In this document: piece by piece, positions 12,564 through 27,500 of the stretch | Layout of the letters: each line of letters opens with the position of its first letter | Position numbering within the stretch: position 1 is the stretch's first letter | Source of the DNA: Bugula neritina | Taxonomy: Eukaryota; Animalia; Bryozoa | Length of the DNA: 64,000 nucleotides | Direction: 5' to 3' | Assembly (NCBI GenBank): GCA_964035545.1 | Contig: OZ037771.1 | Span: 8,487,408-8,551,407 of the forward strand | Notes under the pieces: model-generated | Told to the model about the DNA's origin: nothing | Database searches by the model: none | The model's input: only the letters and a program-made list of their open reading frames with translations | Made by a program: the position numbers and the translations under genes

Positions 12564-15500
12564 GTGTGTGTGCGTGTGTGTGCGTGTGTGTAGAGCTTGT
12601 TTTTGCCAATAAATATTTGGTTAGTTCTACTAACCATGTTGGCCTGCAATATTTTTAAACAGAAAAGTCTTATTTAACAAATAACTTATTAGCTAACTAG
12701 AGTGCAGCTACAGAACAATTTTTTGCAGTTAATTTGCGCAAATCTTTAGTAAGTTATAGTAGTGTTAAAAAATTATTATTCATGTAGTAGAATATAACTA
12801 CATAGCACATTTCATGTACATCCTAGTTTTTAAATTGCTTTGATAAAGGCAATAGAATCAGCTAATAATTTGTGATAAAATCTAAACTGTCTAGTCCTAG
12901 TAGTTTGGCAAGTCAGCAGAGTTGGACTAATTGCATACAAACTTTTACCTATTCAAGTTTTATATCAAATCTTCAAAATTTTGATTTATACATTTCTAAT
13001 GTAGTTCTGGGTGTGTTATCCAACGCTTCTCTAAGATGTACTCAAAGTTATTTTTTACAAATTTTCTTTTATGGTTGTGTAAAGGAGTGAGTAGCCCAGT
13101 CATGTGATGGTATGCTAGGTTCCTTATACCCAGCCTAGCTAAAATTAGGGAAAAAGTACCAAAATGCAAAATTTCAATATCTAGTATATCAGTATTGTAG
13201 CAACCATTCTCCAAATTCAAATACCATCTGAACAACAAAGACTAACTCTGCACCTAGCAGTTATATACTAGTCATATAAGTAGTTATATATTAGTATAAG
13301 TAGCTGGTAGGTTATATATGCTGGTGTAGAGGATTTTGGGAGTTGTCCTTCAATTTAGCCAAAATCAGACATTCCGAAGTTTGAGATGCCCGTTTCGGGA
13401 GGATTTGGATGTCCGAACTGAGTTTGGGGGTCTAATCTGTCCAATTCGGAGGTCCGATTCTAAATTGGGCGCTCGATTTGAACGATAGGATGGTCGAATT
13501 CAGATACCTGATTTTGGAATATTGTAGAATTTATAGGGTGTCTAAATTTTAAGGTATAAAAAGGTGGGCTTGCCAGAGTAGAGTTCGTCTGCTGCTAAAT
13601 TTTAGCTACTATCAAGACTGCCGCATTTTTGAAGAAGCTAATAAACATTACCACACCTAGAAATTTCTCTTTCTCTCTTTTGCAACACAAAGAGCTTATG
13701 TTTATTAACTACATTTTCATAATAACCCACAAAATTTCACAAGTTGCTGGCAGTAGTAGGATAGTTGTGAAATTTAGCTACATTGCAGAAAAAAGGCAAG
13801 ATGGATGCATTAGTCCTGGCTCTCCAAGAGAGTTGGTCGGCACGGCAGGCATTACCTAGAGACAAGTATCGTCTTAAGCCACCAGTCTTCAACGAAGACG
13901 GCAACATAAAACCATTTATTTAAGAGTTTGAGAATGTAGCAACTCTTGCCGAGTGGCTGGTACCAGTGACATGCTCTTGGAACTCCAAACTTGCCTGATT
14001 GACTGGGCCAAGCTCTATGAAGTGGGACCTGATGTAGACCATTAAATTTCGGGTCCTTCAATTCTGCTTTGTAATGACTGCCCGGAATGCCAGGGATTGC
14101 CTGCTGAGATTGAGACGAGAGGCCGGGATATCCTTGAAAAATCTTAATCCTAAGAAGTGCAGCTAAACCAAGCTGGCAAAAATGCTCCTCAATTGCAGGA
14201 TGATCCTGCCAGGTCCTTCTCCGCTACATGTTGGGGGTGCAGATCTGAAGGACATGAGAGGCTGGACTGTCGGAGAGGAAGGAAGGTGCCTTTAAACTAT
14301 CAAAACCTGTGGTTACCTCTGCCAATTGTGGGCCTGAGGATAACACTAGTATTCTGGGGTTCGACCTGTGCCAAAGGATGGATGGGCAGAGCCCTAGCCC
14401 TTGAGTTGCAAGCATGTCGAAGATCTCAAAAACCGCAAGTTTACCTGAACTTCTGGTTTGGCTGTTTAGCAACCGGTTGACATGGTTGCCTGATGAGGTT
14501 GTGTAGGAAGAGTCATGATCCTACACGCATGGATTTTCTAGGTTGCCATCCAAATCTCAGAAAACCCCTGAAGTCACTGTAAGGGCCCAAAAAATACTCT
14601 TCCAGAAACTGGCCATTCCAGGAGCACCTAATACTACGAAGGCGGTTACCTCCTGCTTTTGAAAATCACGAGTAACGCTGTCACATTCCATCTTGATCAG
14701 GATACACTACAAAACTGCTTAGTCAGCATCTATTTGACACTCTTGCTGCCCAAGAAAGGGTAGGCCTCAAGCCGTATGATGGTGCCCATGGTAAGTTGGT
14801 GGATAAACCATATATTCTATTTTACAACACCATCACACTACCTAGGAAGGTCGGTGATCAGGTGAATGAAAATCCTTTAATGTCAACCATCTAAGAGAAG
14901 ATGCTATCCTGGGCATGCAGTTCCTGGGAAAACACCAATGTCACATGGACTTTTAGAAATCGGCGGTGTCAATGGACGGAAAAAATTTGTCTGTGTGGAC
15001 AACAAGTTTGGCAGACCCTTGGTTGACAAAGTATGGGGAGTGTGAAACAAAACGATACCTGGGTATTTCCATGCCCCACTACATTTTAATTTCAACTGCA
15101 GGAGGATCATGAAGCTAAGTGATGTTGAGAAGATGCATAGGATAATCTAACTGGCAAACAGCCTTAATCAACTAGACTGTCAGGAAAAACTCCTTATGCA
15201 GTGCATCAAACTTTTCATGGTGCCCATCAAGCTGCCAGCTGGTTCGTTGGAGGGGAAGTACCACTGTATTCAAGAAGAAAATGTGAGACCGCAGTGCTAA
15301 AAACAGTGGCCAAGGAAACCCCCCTCGGATCAGATCTTTCACTCTATTCAGCAAAAGCCCCAAACTATCTGGAAACATCGAACGGTACTAAAACACTAAA
15401 AGACAAGAAGAGGGACTAACCAAACTTGATGTAAAGAAGCTGCTGGGAAGGGCAAGCACCTATAGCAGGAGTCAGAGTGAACTACGACCTTTCATATCAG

Positions 15501-18500
15501 CGATGCCTGGCCCCGAGTGTCCAAAAGTTGTCTCGACCCTCGTAAGTTATACCTCCGACTTCTTTTCTCCGGCCGGCTAATCAAAGGTAAAGATAACAAC
15601 GTTGGTGCTTTCACCGCCAAACTAACCATTACCCAGCATCTACAGGTAGTGTTGGTGAAGCTCGGGTACAAACTCAGACCACAAGACACCTAGAAAAAAT
15701 GGAGGGCTTGCGGTGCCGACTCTACTGACTGAAACAGATGGTGAGGAATCGCCAGCAATAGGCGCCTTTTTCATCTGTTCTAGGTTGTATGTATTGTGAG
15801 TGTGTTCTTATTTGCTTTCATTATAATATATTACTGTTAACACATGTGTTTTCTTTTAATATTGCTCAACTATTAATATAACATATTTTCCCAATTGTAT
15901 AAAATATTTTTTGCTTATTAGGCCCAAAATGTATTTCTGTTATCAAAAAAGGGGTATTTTCGATGGGGAGGGAAGACATAATAGATTTAGAGATTTATTC
16001 ATGTCCTAATTGTTCTATTTACTAAAATTTTTAACCATGTTCGAGTGTGTGAATGCCTTTACTATTTTCTTTGCGTTAATGCCTTAATTGTTTTTCATAG
16101 TTAATGTCCTGACGTAGTCTTCTTTGTTCAGTTTTTTTTTTGTTCTCATGTAAGTCTGAATTTGCCAAATTCAATCAACCCAACATTCAGGATGTCTGAT
16201 TTGAAAGAATTTGGGTGTCTAAACTGGGTTCGGGCGCCTACACCCATCTAAATCAAACACCGATTTTAAACTGTACATCCGATTCCGATGATTTAGATGC
16301 CTGAGTGCCACTCAGACGTCTGAATTCGGCCAATAAACTATCACAACATACTAGTTATGTACCCAACAACATCACTATTATTCTTTCTGATTTGATTCAA
16401 CAGTATTTTTTTATCAATTTTGAAATGTCTCATGCAAGCTTGATGTGCTGCAGGATTTTATGACTAGCTGTTTAGTTCATGCATTAAAAGCCTATACATT
16501 TCTAAGCAGCATCAATATGTTACTGATTCTAATGCAGGATATGTGGTGAACAGATGTCCAGTTGGTACAGATGACAAGCTAGCTCAACTCTGTACATGTG
16601 CTACTCAGTCAGAAGGTAAAATAGTTTTCATTACTATAATTCCATTTTGATGAGGCAAAAGGAAACCTCAAAATGTTTTTAAACATGAAGCACCTGCACT
16701 TTTTGGTTTCATTTCAAGTTGTTATCAAATCTAAAATAGTACCGGCAATCACCAAAGCACCAGCATACCTGCAACACATACAGATACACACGCATACTGA
16801 CACACTTATCTCACAACTCAAACTACCACATAATAATGGTGACTAGTCAATATTCCGAAGGCCCATTGCTCCGAAGGTCCATTATTCCGAAGGTGCATTG
16901 GTCCGAAGGTGCATTGGTCCGAAGGTGCATTAGTCCGAAAATTAGTAGATATAGTATTATATCACTGAGAATATTATAAATTTCACTCACAATCTTGCTA
17001 TCTTATTGCTAGCTGTGGGTGGCATGCATGTGGCCTACTTATAATTTTTTAGCCTGAGATTACGCTATGACCCTGCCTCAATTAAAGGCTGCACTATCTA
17101 TCAACATTCCATTGTGGCTGCTCCATAAACTAAGCACACAGCAAGCTATTCACTAGCCTGTCAGCTAGCAAGCCTGTAATTGGTAATTTATGCATTAGTT
17201 TCTCCTCATCTTTAAACATCGTAAGCATCCAGGTTATTTTGATAAAATCAATTACTGTTAATTAAAAGATCATACTTTTTTAGTTGCATTCACAAAATAT
17301 ATACAAAAAATCTCAACTCAATATACCAGAAAAAATGAATTAAAATATATGTGTTAATAGCACTGATATTGACGTGACCGTGGCACATGAAAAATCTGAA
17401 AAAAGAGTTGTCTTCTTTTTTTCTATATTAATATATAGAGCTTGTCGTGAAAATAAAGATTTTTTAAAAAAATATTGTGACCCTCTGGTAACTTCCTGAA
17501 TTTAGAAAATTAGCTCATATATTTCTTTTCATGTGGACAACAGCTCACTTTTTTTTAAATTTATTTTGAAGCTCTTTTCGTAAAAAATAATCAAAAGTAA
17601 AAAATCCAAAATTTTTACAAATTGGTTCGGGGCTTGACGTGAAAGGCATTTGGACGAAGATGTCAAGGTCACCATTAATAAATTTATTTCATCACAATTC
17701 ACAATACTGCACGGAAAGTTAATGAAGTGAGCTGAAAATTAGGTTGCTAGCATATTGATATACATTATATTGATTGTTGCAGTATTATTTTTTAAATTTG
17801 TTTTGTTATCAGTTATGTTTAACTTCTTCATAGAGCTGCTGTTAGACTAAGAGTAAGACATAATATTAGCAACAATGATAATAATAATATTAAATTAAAA
17901 TTATTATTAAATTCACGGTGAAGTATCACTATCACTATGAGTATGAGTATCGTATAAATTAATTATGAGTATGAGTATCACTATGACATTAACTCAATCA
18001 GTGATTGACTATTACTATGAATATGAATATGGCTTCTAATTCTTGTAACTTTTGACTATGACGATGCTGATACTGATAGTGATAATCACTGCCAGCCCAA
18101 GTCTCATACTCATAGTGATACTATTAGTATTAATAATTAGTATTACTATTAGTACAACTACTAGTATTACTCATAGTTCTGATAATGATGCAGATGATAG
18201 TTTTAAAAGTTCTACTTCTACTTTTATAGTAAGCTAGATTGTATATGTTGAACTCTACTCATTTTTTACTACTAATTTGCTAATACTAATAGTAATAGTA
18301 ATACTAATAATAGTTATAGTTGTTATAATGATAGTAATACTAATAGTAATAATAACTATTTCAATTTGATAATTTATGCTATATAACAGCATTATCGCTT
18401 ATCATTTACATTGGTTCATAATATTAATATGCTTATTTTAATTTTGCTTTGTGTGTTTTGTCATGTTGTAAATTTAAGTTCGTATGGTTATTTAATGAAC

Positions 18501-21500
18501 TAGAGAACTAGCCAAATGTTATGTAACGGTTGCAGTAATTTACTATAAACTCAGTGAAATTTAAAACCTAATTGATATTACTATGACATTGATTGTACAG
18601 AGGTAGCTAAAATATACATTAAATTACCAATAATTTTAACTCCCCAATACACTATGAGTAGAACAATCAAATGCAATGATAGAAAATTAATTAGTCATAG
18701 CAGCCCGTTGCTTGAGGAACATTGAGCTACAGGTCTAAAATGATGTAGTTTTGTGATCCCTTATATAACAAAATAATTTTTTTAAACTGGTTTAATACTT
18801 TTATTATAAACACGCTTATCAAAGTAACATGTTTTTGATGTATATTCTATTAAAAAAACAATCACATCAGGTTTTCAATTTGTATGTTGTATAAAGTTTA
18901 TTATGGTGACAAGTTACTAAATTATATGGTTCAGCTTTGTAAAGTAAAGCTGATAAAATAAAAACAATTATGTGATTGTTTTACTGCTATATATTAAATT
19001 TAAATGAGTTGAATAATATCCTAGTGCAGTGAATTAGATATTTTTTTAGCTTTGGTACACCTGTTTGTTATAGGCTAACATTCCACCAATAGAAGAATGG
19101 TGCAAGTAGAAGGAATTTCAGGTGCAGAAAGCTAAGGAGCAGTCAGAATGCTGCCAGAGTTGTGAAGAGGCACTTGAAAAAGCTGAATTTCAATAATGAC
19201 ATGAAATTCGTAACAGATCACCCTGGTGTATTTGAACTGACATGGCCAGCAGAGTTCTCGAAGTCACATACAACAGCTATTTACAGCATCATGGTTAGCT
19301 TAAATTTAATTCCTATATCAGTCTCTAATATATAGTTTGATATCTGCTGTAAATTTGCTTAAGGAGCATACACATAACCAAAACTGAGTTACACTATAGT
19401 ATTTGTTCTTGAATATATTTACCAAGATAAGTAGATTTGCTAATTCATTAACAGTAAAATTATAATGATACAACAATTTTTCTTTTAGATGATTCAATCA
19501 ATAACACAAGACACTACAACATGGTTTTGCAGTTATAGAGTATTAATTTTCTGGCTCTTTCCAAATCTTCATAGAAGGCAAAGAAAACCACTGTCAGCTT
19601 GCCTTTATAACTGAGTGCACGCGTCTTCCACCTACAGATGATGATAAACAATTTGCTGGTGTGGAACTTTCTAATTTTGTTTACAATGAAGATAGATTAT
19701 AGGACATTATTCTTTATGTAAAGATTGTCAAGTTTTGTTATAATTAAGAACAGTTTTAGTTTCAATAAATCGGTTCAACATTATGGACATCATTGCACAA
19801 GCATTTTAATCTTTACTATCTACAAAGGTATCTGATGGACTACTTGAAAATACAAAACTATGCTCCAGATACACAATGAACTGACCAGCAAAGTTAAAAT
19901 GAGTTGGAGATGTAGAACATAATATCTTGTTCAAGGCTTTTCCCTGCTGTTGGAACCTTCTACTTCAGAACACTGAATTGAACAAACATATGTAGATGTA
20001 TGAAACTTTGCAAACAATAATAATGTGAAATTAGTTGCTAAGTATTACATTGCTAATAAATACAGCATTGTGTAATGTTTTATTTAATTTTTTTTGAGCC
20101 ATTTGATCTATAGGCCTGCATAGTATTTACTATATTATAACTAATAAATTGCAGACACATTATGTCAGACCAGTTTCCATTTAAATAGAATCGTGTAGGC
20201 TATCAAATTTGTAGAGTAAAAAACCAAATTCTTATTGAGTAAAATACTTGCCTTTTTTTTCATGATGCCTCTACTGCTAAAAAGAGAAGCTTTTATCAAT
20301 ACAGCTCCATCAATCTGTATCCTGATGAAGCTAGTAGTTTAGAAATATTTGTGGCGGGGAGTGTAGGCTGAGCTGCAGTATAGGAAGAACCCCAACATAT
20401 GTAATCTATTCAGCACATTATATGTATATTTATTAAAAAAAGAATTTAGAAAATGCTTTATGAAGCATGAACAAAGTAAAAATTAATGCTGGTGAAAGTA
20501 ATATTATTACACCTATTAGAATTACTAGCAGCTATAGCATTAAAATTATGTATTTTCATAAAAATGTGTCTAATTTATGCTACAAAGTTATTACTGCCAA
20601 AGGTTACAAAATTTACCAGTCACATTCATGCAGCTGGCGGAGAATAACTAACTTTCACATGCAATAAATACAATTAGTAGCTCAATCTAAAACTAATGCG
20701 CTATTAAATGTTAGGAGTATAAGTTATAGTTATTCTAAGGAATAATTGCAAAAAAGTTACTTAGAGGAATTTAACTCTTATTATAATGTAATTATCTTCC
20801 AAGATATATTACAACATCACTACTTGGATGCATACAATGTCATATTTATATTGGCATCAACATAATTTTCAATAATTTCCAATCTATTAACTTGAGCATT
20901 ATGATTGTGATTATTTTATAAATAAGGCGATGATTAGGCACTGTTGGTATTTTGGTTCAATTATTAATAGCTGTAACAGGCAGAGTTGTAAATGTAATGG
21001 ATATATCAAAATTCCAATGGGTATAGTACTCTAACACAACATTGATACTAATAATTGTAGCCACTTACTCTTAGAGTTAGTGAATAATGATACAGTCATA
21101 ACAATCTGAATTTCAATCAGCATTAGAGATAGGCTGACTGCTTTATAATATTATAGTTATGTCAAATTGAATTTATTCACTATAACTATAAAATTTATGA
21201 TTATAATTATAAATTAAAATAATTTAAATATTATATAATATATTGATAATTATTGGAATCATAATTATATTTATTGTTATGATCATTATGATTATAATTA
21301 TTTAATATTATCTTTGTTTGTATTTAAAGTTGTTCCTTAAATTTAAAGTTGTTTAAGTTTTATAAATTTATTATAATTATATTACTGTATAAGTATTGCT
21401 ATTAGTATTAGTATAATTAAATTATTATAATTTATATTTTATTATTATTTATTTTACTTTTTATTTTAAGACCAGCACTTCAAATTAATACTTGTGTCGT

Positions 21501-24500
21501 TTGTTTTATATTATAACTTACTAGTATAACTATTAACATAATAATTTTACATTTGTTATTAGTATTACTATGAATATAAATATTTATATTAATATAAATA
21601 TAGCTATTGGTATAACTTATACTTATAGTTATAACTAATATTATAAGTATTAGTTTCGAAACTGATTCTGCTCCGTAACATTAAGTGAATCATTAACATA
21701 CTGATACTGTCATATGATTATCATTATGACTGATAATAGTATTAATAAATATAACCATTGAATATTATTAATAATAGTTCACCAATAGGCGATAGTCATA
21801 GACTTAGAGTTAGAGTGAGAGTCATAGACATAGACTAGTGATACTCATAGTCATAGTCATACTGATACTGTGATTCAGTTTCACTGATTCAGTTACAAAT
21901 TTCAAAACTTGGTTTTACGTAGACAACTACTAACCTATAATTCATCACAAAACGGTTGAAAATCATCATTTACTGCATATTTAAGAGTAATTTTCTGGTA
22001 GTGTGGTCGACATGATAATTGAAATTAAAATAGGGAAAATAATTATTTTGTGATTTACAGCAAGTTACAAACTAGCGAAATGGAATAGTCCATTTGAAAA
22101 CAGTCAAATTAGTTATCTTTCTTGATGTTGCGTAGCTAACGTTAGTTATTAGTAGCCGCCCGAAGAGTAACATTCATGTGATTTGAACTACGAATAACGA
22201 GAATCTGTGACAAACCCGCTTCTTAATAACTTTACGCGATATAAACTCACGCTACAATAGGGCTATTTTGCCATCCCCACGTCAGAATAGGACACGGAGG
22301 GCACGCTCGCGGGCAAGTCTGGGCAAGTCCAAGACACCTAATATGACCACTTTTACTTACATTTTTGTAGTGTTTTCGTATAAGAAATTGAATAAAATGC
22401 TGATAAAACAGTTAAAAAGCATGCAAACTTTTGCTCAAATGTAATAAATAACCTGGAAGCTTACCGCCTTTAAGTGTTGAAGTATGAAGTGTTGTGCAAG
22501 GATGATTTAATAAGTATTTTTATTTCACAGTTCATATAAAAACGACAGCTATAGGCAATGAACTCAAAATATCCAGTTCAATGGCTATAGGGACTGCAAT
22601 TTTATCCTAGCTACAGTCAGTCAGCTTATATAGGCCCTTCATATGTTGACTATTGACTAAAAAACTTAAGTAAAAATATTAAAGTCAAGCAAACATTTTG
22701 GGTCTACTATACTGTATTTATGATAAGCTTGGTAAAAGTTTACCTCATAGTTTATAAAAAATAGTTTGCATTTGAAGTTGGCGTCAAAAAATTATTGGTA
22801 TTGAATGAAATAGCAAATTTCTGGCTTGGCAGTTAATTATTTGATATCACATTTAATCTCTAAAATTATCTGTAAGCTGCTAAACTGCATTATTCTATGC
22901 TATTATTCTTAATATCAGTAAATACAAGCATTGAAGAAAAAAAAAAACATCTTGGACGCTACTCTAAAACTAAATAACCAAAGCTGCACACCATACACCA
23001 AACCAAATAACTCCACAAGATATGTAGATAAGGGCAACATTATTAGTATATAATAATTCAGTCCTGCCAAATAAAACCTCACCTAAACTAAAATTTGAAA
23101 ACCATGTTGTAGATCTTCCTGCTGCTCAAAGCAACTTTTTGAAATGTTCAATAAATAATTTTAATTTTAATAATTCTACTAATTTTCGGACTAATGCACC
23201 TTCGGACTAATGCACCTTCGGAACAATGGGCCTTCGGAGCAATGCACCTTCGGAATATTGCTCCGTCCCGCATAATAATAACCATTTTCAGAAATGCCAA
23301 AACGTACTGGAACTTACATCCCCCATTCTCTAAGAACAGATTCTGTAACAAAGAACCTGGCCAAAGCGTTATAATATATGTGTACTGAAATAAGCCAGCA
23401 CTTTGAATGACAGATTCATGGGTGTTTAATCTGATGTGCAAAAGATGTACAGCTAGTAATATTGTAATGGGATTTAATAGTTGTTGTCATTATGTTCTGA
23501 AAGTTCTAGTAATGGTATTCGACATTATTATAATTGATTTAGAGTAACTTTTTGAATACTGTTGAATGTTGTAATTATAACTAAGCCCTTTGCGTAGCTT
23601 TCTAATGCCTTATGTATTGTAATTATAGCTAAGCTCTTAGCATAGTGAATAGCTTAATGATTGTGAATTGCCCTTCCTATTTTTGTGTGTTTATAAAATA
23701 CTGTGATAGTCTTTGTTGAGTTGTATTCTCCTGCCACTTTTTTGTAATAATCTTTGATAAGTTGTGTGAGTCGAAAGTCGGCCAAATTTCAGAACCCAGT
23801 AGCGTGATTTCAGAAGGACCTGTCCGATTTCGAACAGATTCTTCCAATTTCGGCAACCGGAACTCCGAATTTTGGCCGAATTTCGAATGTCCTAAGTGGC
23901 GAGAAAATTTGTTGGTATATAAGTGGGAAAGTTTCCAGTGCTAAGTCAGTCTAACACTGGATCTCAACCAAGACACATCTATAGAAGAAATAAAGACACC
24001 CATTATCTAAACTCAAGGAGACCTTACTTGATCAACATAGTATAAGGCATGCAGACTGCTTAGTCTATTTCATAATAACCCACAAGTTTACTACAATATA
24101 ATATAATATAATATAATAATAAATGTATGCAATTGAATGATTAGCACATTATAATCTTTATTAAATATAAATATTGAACCCATTTATTATTGTTGCATTA
24201 TTCTTATCTAGATAATTTGATTCAAAGCTAATGTAGCCTGAATGTATATGTATATATGCTATATTTTAGGTTGTTCACCAAAGAAAGCCATTATAGAGCA
24301 GTGGCCTGTGACTGGAACCTACACTGGTATTACCTACAACAACATGTACTGTGCAATATGTAATGGAGCATTAAACCCAAATTTTGGTGGACCTATGCTT
24401 TCATTTGACCCTCTGCTTGCCATAGAGTTTTGGACCACTCAGGTTTACTGCACCAACGAGACTATTCAAGAAATAGAGAACAATCAATTTGACATTCTTA

Positions 24501-27500
24501 TGTTGCAAAACTTGCTGACACAAAGGTGAGCATTTATTGTGAAGGTCTTTAGATGAGTTCTGAAGAGTCCGATATAGTTGGAACCCAACTTCTTTAGTAT
24601 CATAAATTGTAGAATTCTGGCAGTCTGGCCATACACCATAATGTTGACTGTAACGTCAAATATCGGCCATTTTTAAACTGTCCAGGCTGAAGTTTTCAAA
24701 ATCCGCTATTGGATAAAATTTCTGACACCTCATTGGATACTTTTATTCAATAAGTTGACGCAAACGTTTTCCTGTGTCAAATAGGAGCCTGACACAGTTT
24801 TTTAACTCAAGCAGTGCTTGATCCTGATGTGTAGCTTATACATTTTTAAAAAATGGTTGACATTTTGCAGTACCGTTGGCTTTTTACGACAAAATATGCC
24901 TAGGCTTTGAAAATATTTGCTGAGCATATTTTACCTTCTTAATAGCTTTTATGCTTTAATCTTAATAAGTTTTGGATTTAATGGGTGTGAGTTAAAATTT
25001 ATTGCTTTCAGAAGAACATAGTTTTTTTGTTACATTTCACATCTGAAAAGCAGGCTTTTCTTCATTACTGCAATTACTTCTGTATTTGTGGCCAACCTCC
25101 TAGACAGCACACTCTGCCATATTGTAGGCCGTAACGTAAAATGTCAGCCATTTTTAATGTGTTTGTGCTGAGGTTCTCAAAGTGCACTATTGGGCGCAAT
25201 CTATGACACCTCACACCTCATCTTAGGTTTGAAATTTCATTTTTAATTGAATTGAAGTTGACAATATTCTTGTCTTATATAGAGAAAGTTGTCAAGTTAA
25301 ACATATAGTGCATATTGCACATATATTATACATTATACTTATTATAGAAACATGCGTAAGATGTGCAAGTTTAATACACCTAATAGATTACTGAGCCTGG
25401 AAGGTAAATAGTATGTAATATGTGAGATATGGTATGTAAATACTTAGCCATTATTTTGAAGCCTTCTATGCTAATCTGATAATAACTACATTGTTGTGGC
25501 CAACATAATGTTTCTCATTAGTTTTCAGCATATGGTTAGAGAACTGGCAGAGTATTAAATGCCCTAGAATTTAGGCCATGCTGAGATCTAGGTCCTTGGC
25601 AAAGTATCAAACTTTTAAAAGTTGAAATCAAAATCAATTTTTGTAAATCTCTAAATGAGATGAATTTTTGTATAATTTAGATCTTTTCACAATATCAACA
25701 GCACAGCAACTGTGTAGTAGTTTTGTGAGTAGAATGCAATTTAAGTGGGGAGCATAACTCTGTAATAGTGTGAAAACAAGATGGGCTTTCCAAGTAATAG
25801 TAGAATCTTTATTAATATCCAAATAGCTGCAAGTGCAAGTCTTGATCTGGCAAGCCCTAGTGGTAGACTGACTCTACTTTGTGAGCTCACCTTCTTATTT
25901 ACTGGGGAAATGTGCCTTCGAGAATCTTTCTACCAATCGAGTCCAAAAATCAGGGTTCCAGTGAAAATGTCGGAGCCTCTGACTTGTTCGACCATATTTG
26001 ATTGAGTTCAATTGGATCCGGCAATCAGATACCATCAAACCCAGTCAGAGGTCTCGACACCCTCACTCCTCTGATCTACATGAATGCCCAAAAATTAACA
26101 GTATTTAAACGAGAAAATGGGAAAGATAAATCTAAAAATCACTACAAGCTAACGATCACTATAACTGTGCCATCAATTTTGATTATTTTTAATGAAGACA
26201 AGTCTTGGTACCTAAACCCTAATTGGTACTGTTAACATAACTGGTTTATTTGGTATAGAGAGTGTTGGGTAAAGCATGTTGCTACAGAAATTGATGTCCA
26301 CAGAAAAGACTGTAGTGATTACATTAGTAAATGTCCACAAACTTATGGCAATGAAGAGATCAGACGGCTGTGCGAGTTTGGACCAGTTTATAATTACCAA
26401 AATCAGTCCTTCGACGTACACTTCTACAGAAACATGTTTTGTGAGTGGTGTTGGAGAGAATCTGATGAGCTGGGTGTTCCAAATCTTATTTTTCAAGAGT
26501 TTCCAACTCATGGTATGTATCTTATGTATAGTTATATCCTAGTTCATCTTTACTTAAAATATTTGCCTTTAAAACTAACTTCATTGTAGCTTTTTACATG
26601 ACACACACATAACATTTAATTGATAGGCAACATAATTATAGGTTATTCAATAAGTGTCCAGCAAGCAACTTATGTTGATTATTTATTCTGTTCTACAAAA
26701 TGATAAGAATTATTCCTACTATTTCTAATTACTCTATGTTTAAAATGTAATGTAAAGTTTCCGGTTTACACTAAAACTAAGTACATGTTTACTAAGTATC
26801 TGTGTACTAAGTACACCTGTACTAGTTACACTGGTGGTAAATACATCTGCACTAGTTACACTAGTGCTAAGCACACCTGTGTTGAGAGGATGCCTTTTAT
26901 CTTGTAACATTATGACAAATTATTCTGGCATATAAGCAAAATAAATAAAATGACCTAAATATTATTGACAAAAGTGTGCCTATCATGTTGTAGGAGTGTT
27001 GTTGGCTACTGTTAAACCTGTGTTACAAAATCTACTAGAAGACCAGCTATCAGATGAAAATTTCAGAATTCCCAACAGGCTGTCCCACATGTTTATATCA
27101 TGGCCAAACGACTTCAACATGACCCACATTTATAACAAGACTAGTCTATTGGCGTGTAAGTCTTTCTTTGCAATTTGTATTAATATTCTGAAAAAAAGAA
27201 GTTTCCAGTAAAATATTATAAAGTGCTGTGGTAATAATATATAACAATATTTTGGTGTTTTTAAGTGTTGAAGACGATTGGTCATTGTTATAAGCACAAG
27301 ACTTTATAATAATATGTTGCATTGAAACTCTATAATCAGGCTTTATTGTGTCATGACCCCCCCCCCCCCCCCCCCGACTGATCAGTGATGTCATGTGATA
27401 ATACTTATTATAAATTCTTACAAATGGTTGCACCTGTAGTAATGCAGTATAGTGCAGCAATATTGCAATACAATCACACCTAAAGTAAGAGTAATCACAT

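Larger units (their letters stand above)
16838..23270. mobile_element. Mutator-like (MULE) element with subterminal 15-bp tandem repeats
   Basis: Perfect 9-bp TSD CATAATAAT (16829-37, 23271-79). Inverted arrays of TCCGAAGGTGCATT(G/A) at ~16851-16940 and ~23185-23255. Absent from paralogue B. Confidence 0.85.

Noticed and set aside
16851-16940. Regular 15-bp repeats resembling a CRISPR array
   Set aside because: No spacers, eukaryotic context, and mirrored at 23185-23255; these are transposon subterminal repeats.
18052-18237. Hydrophobic 61-aa ORF
   Set aside because: Product of a low-complexity ACT/AGT/ATT tract inside a transposon.
26276-26542. ORF-track protein MLLQKLMSTEK (and 46079-46342)
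   Set aside because: Wrong frame. The phase-compatible frame encodes the Cys-rich exon 4 (ECWVKH...YRNMFCEWC).
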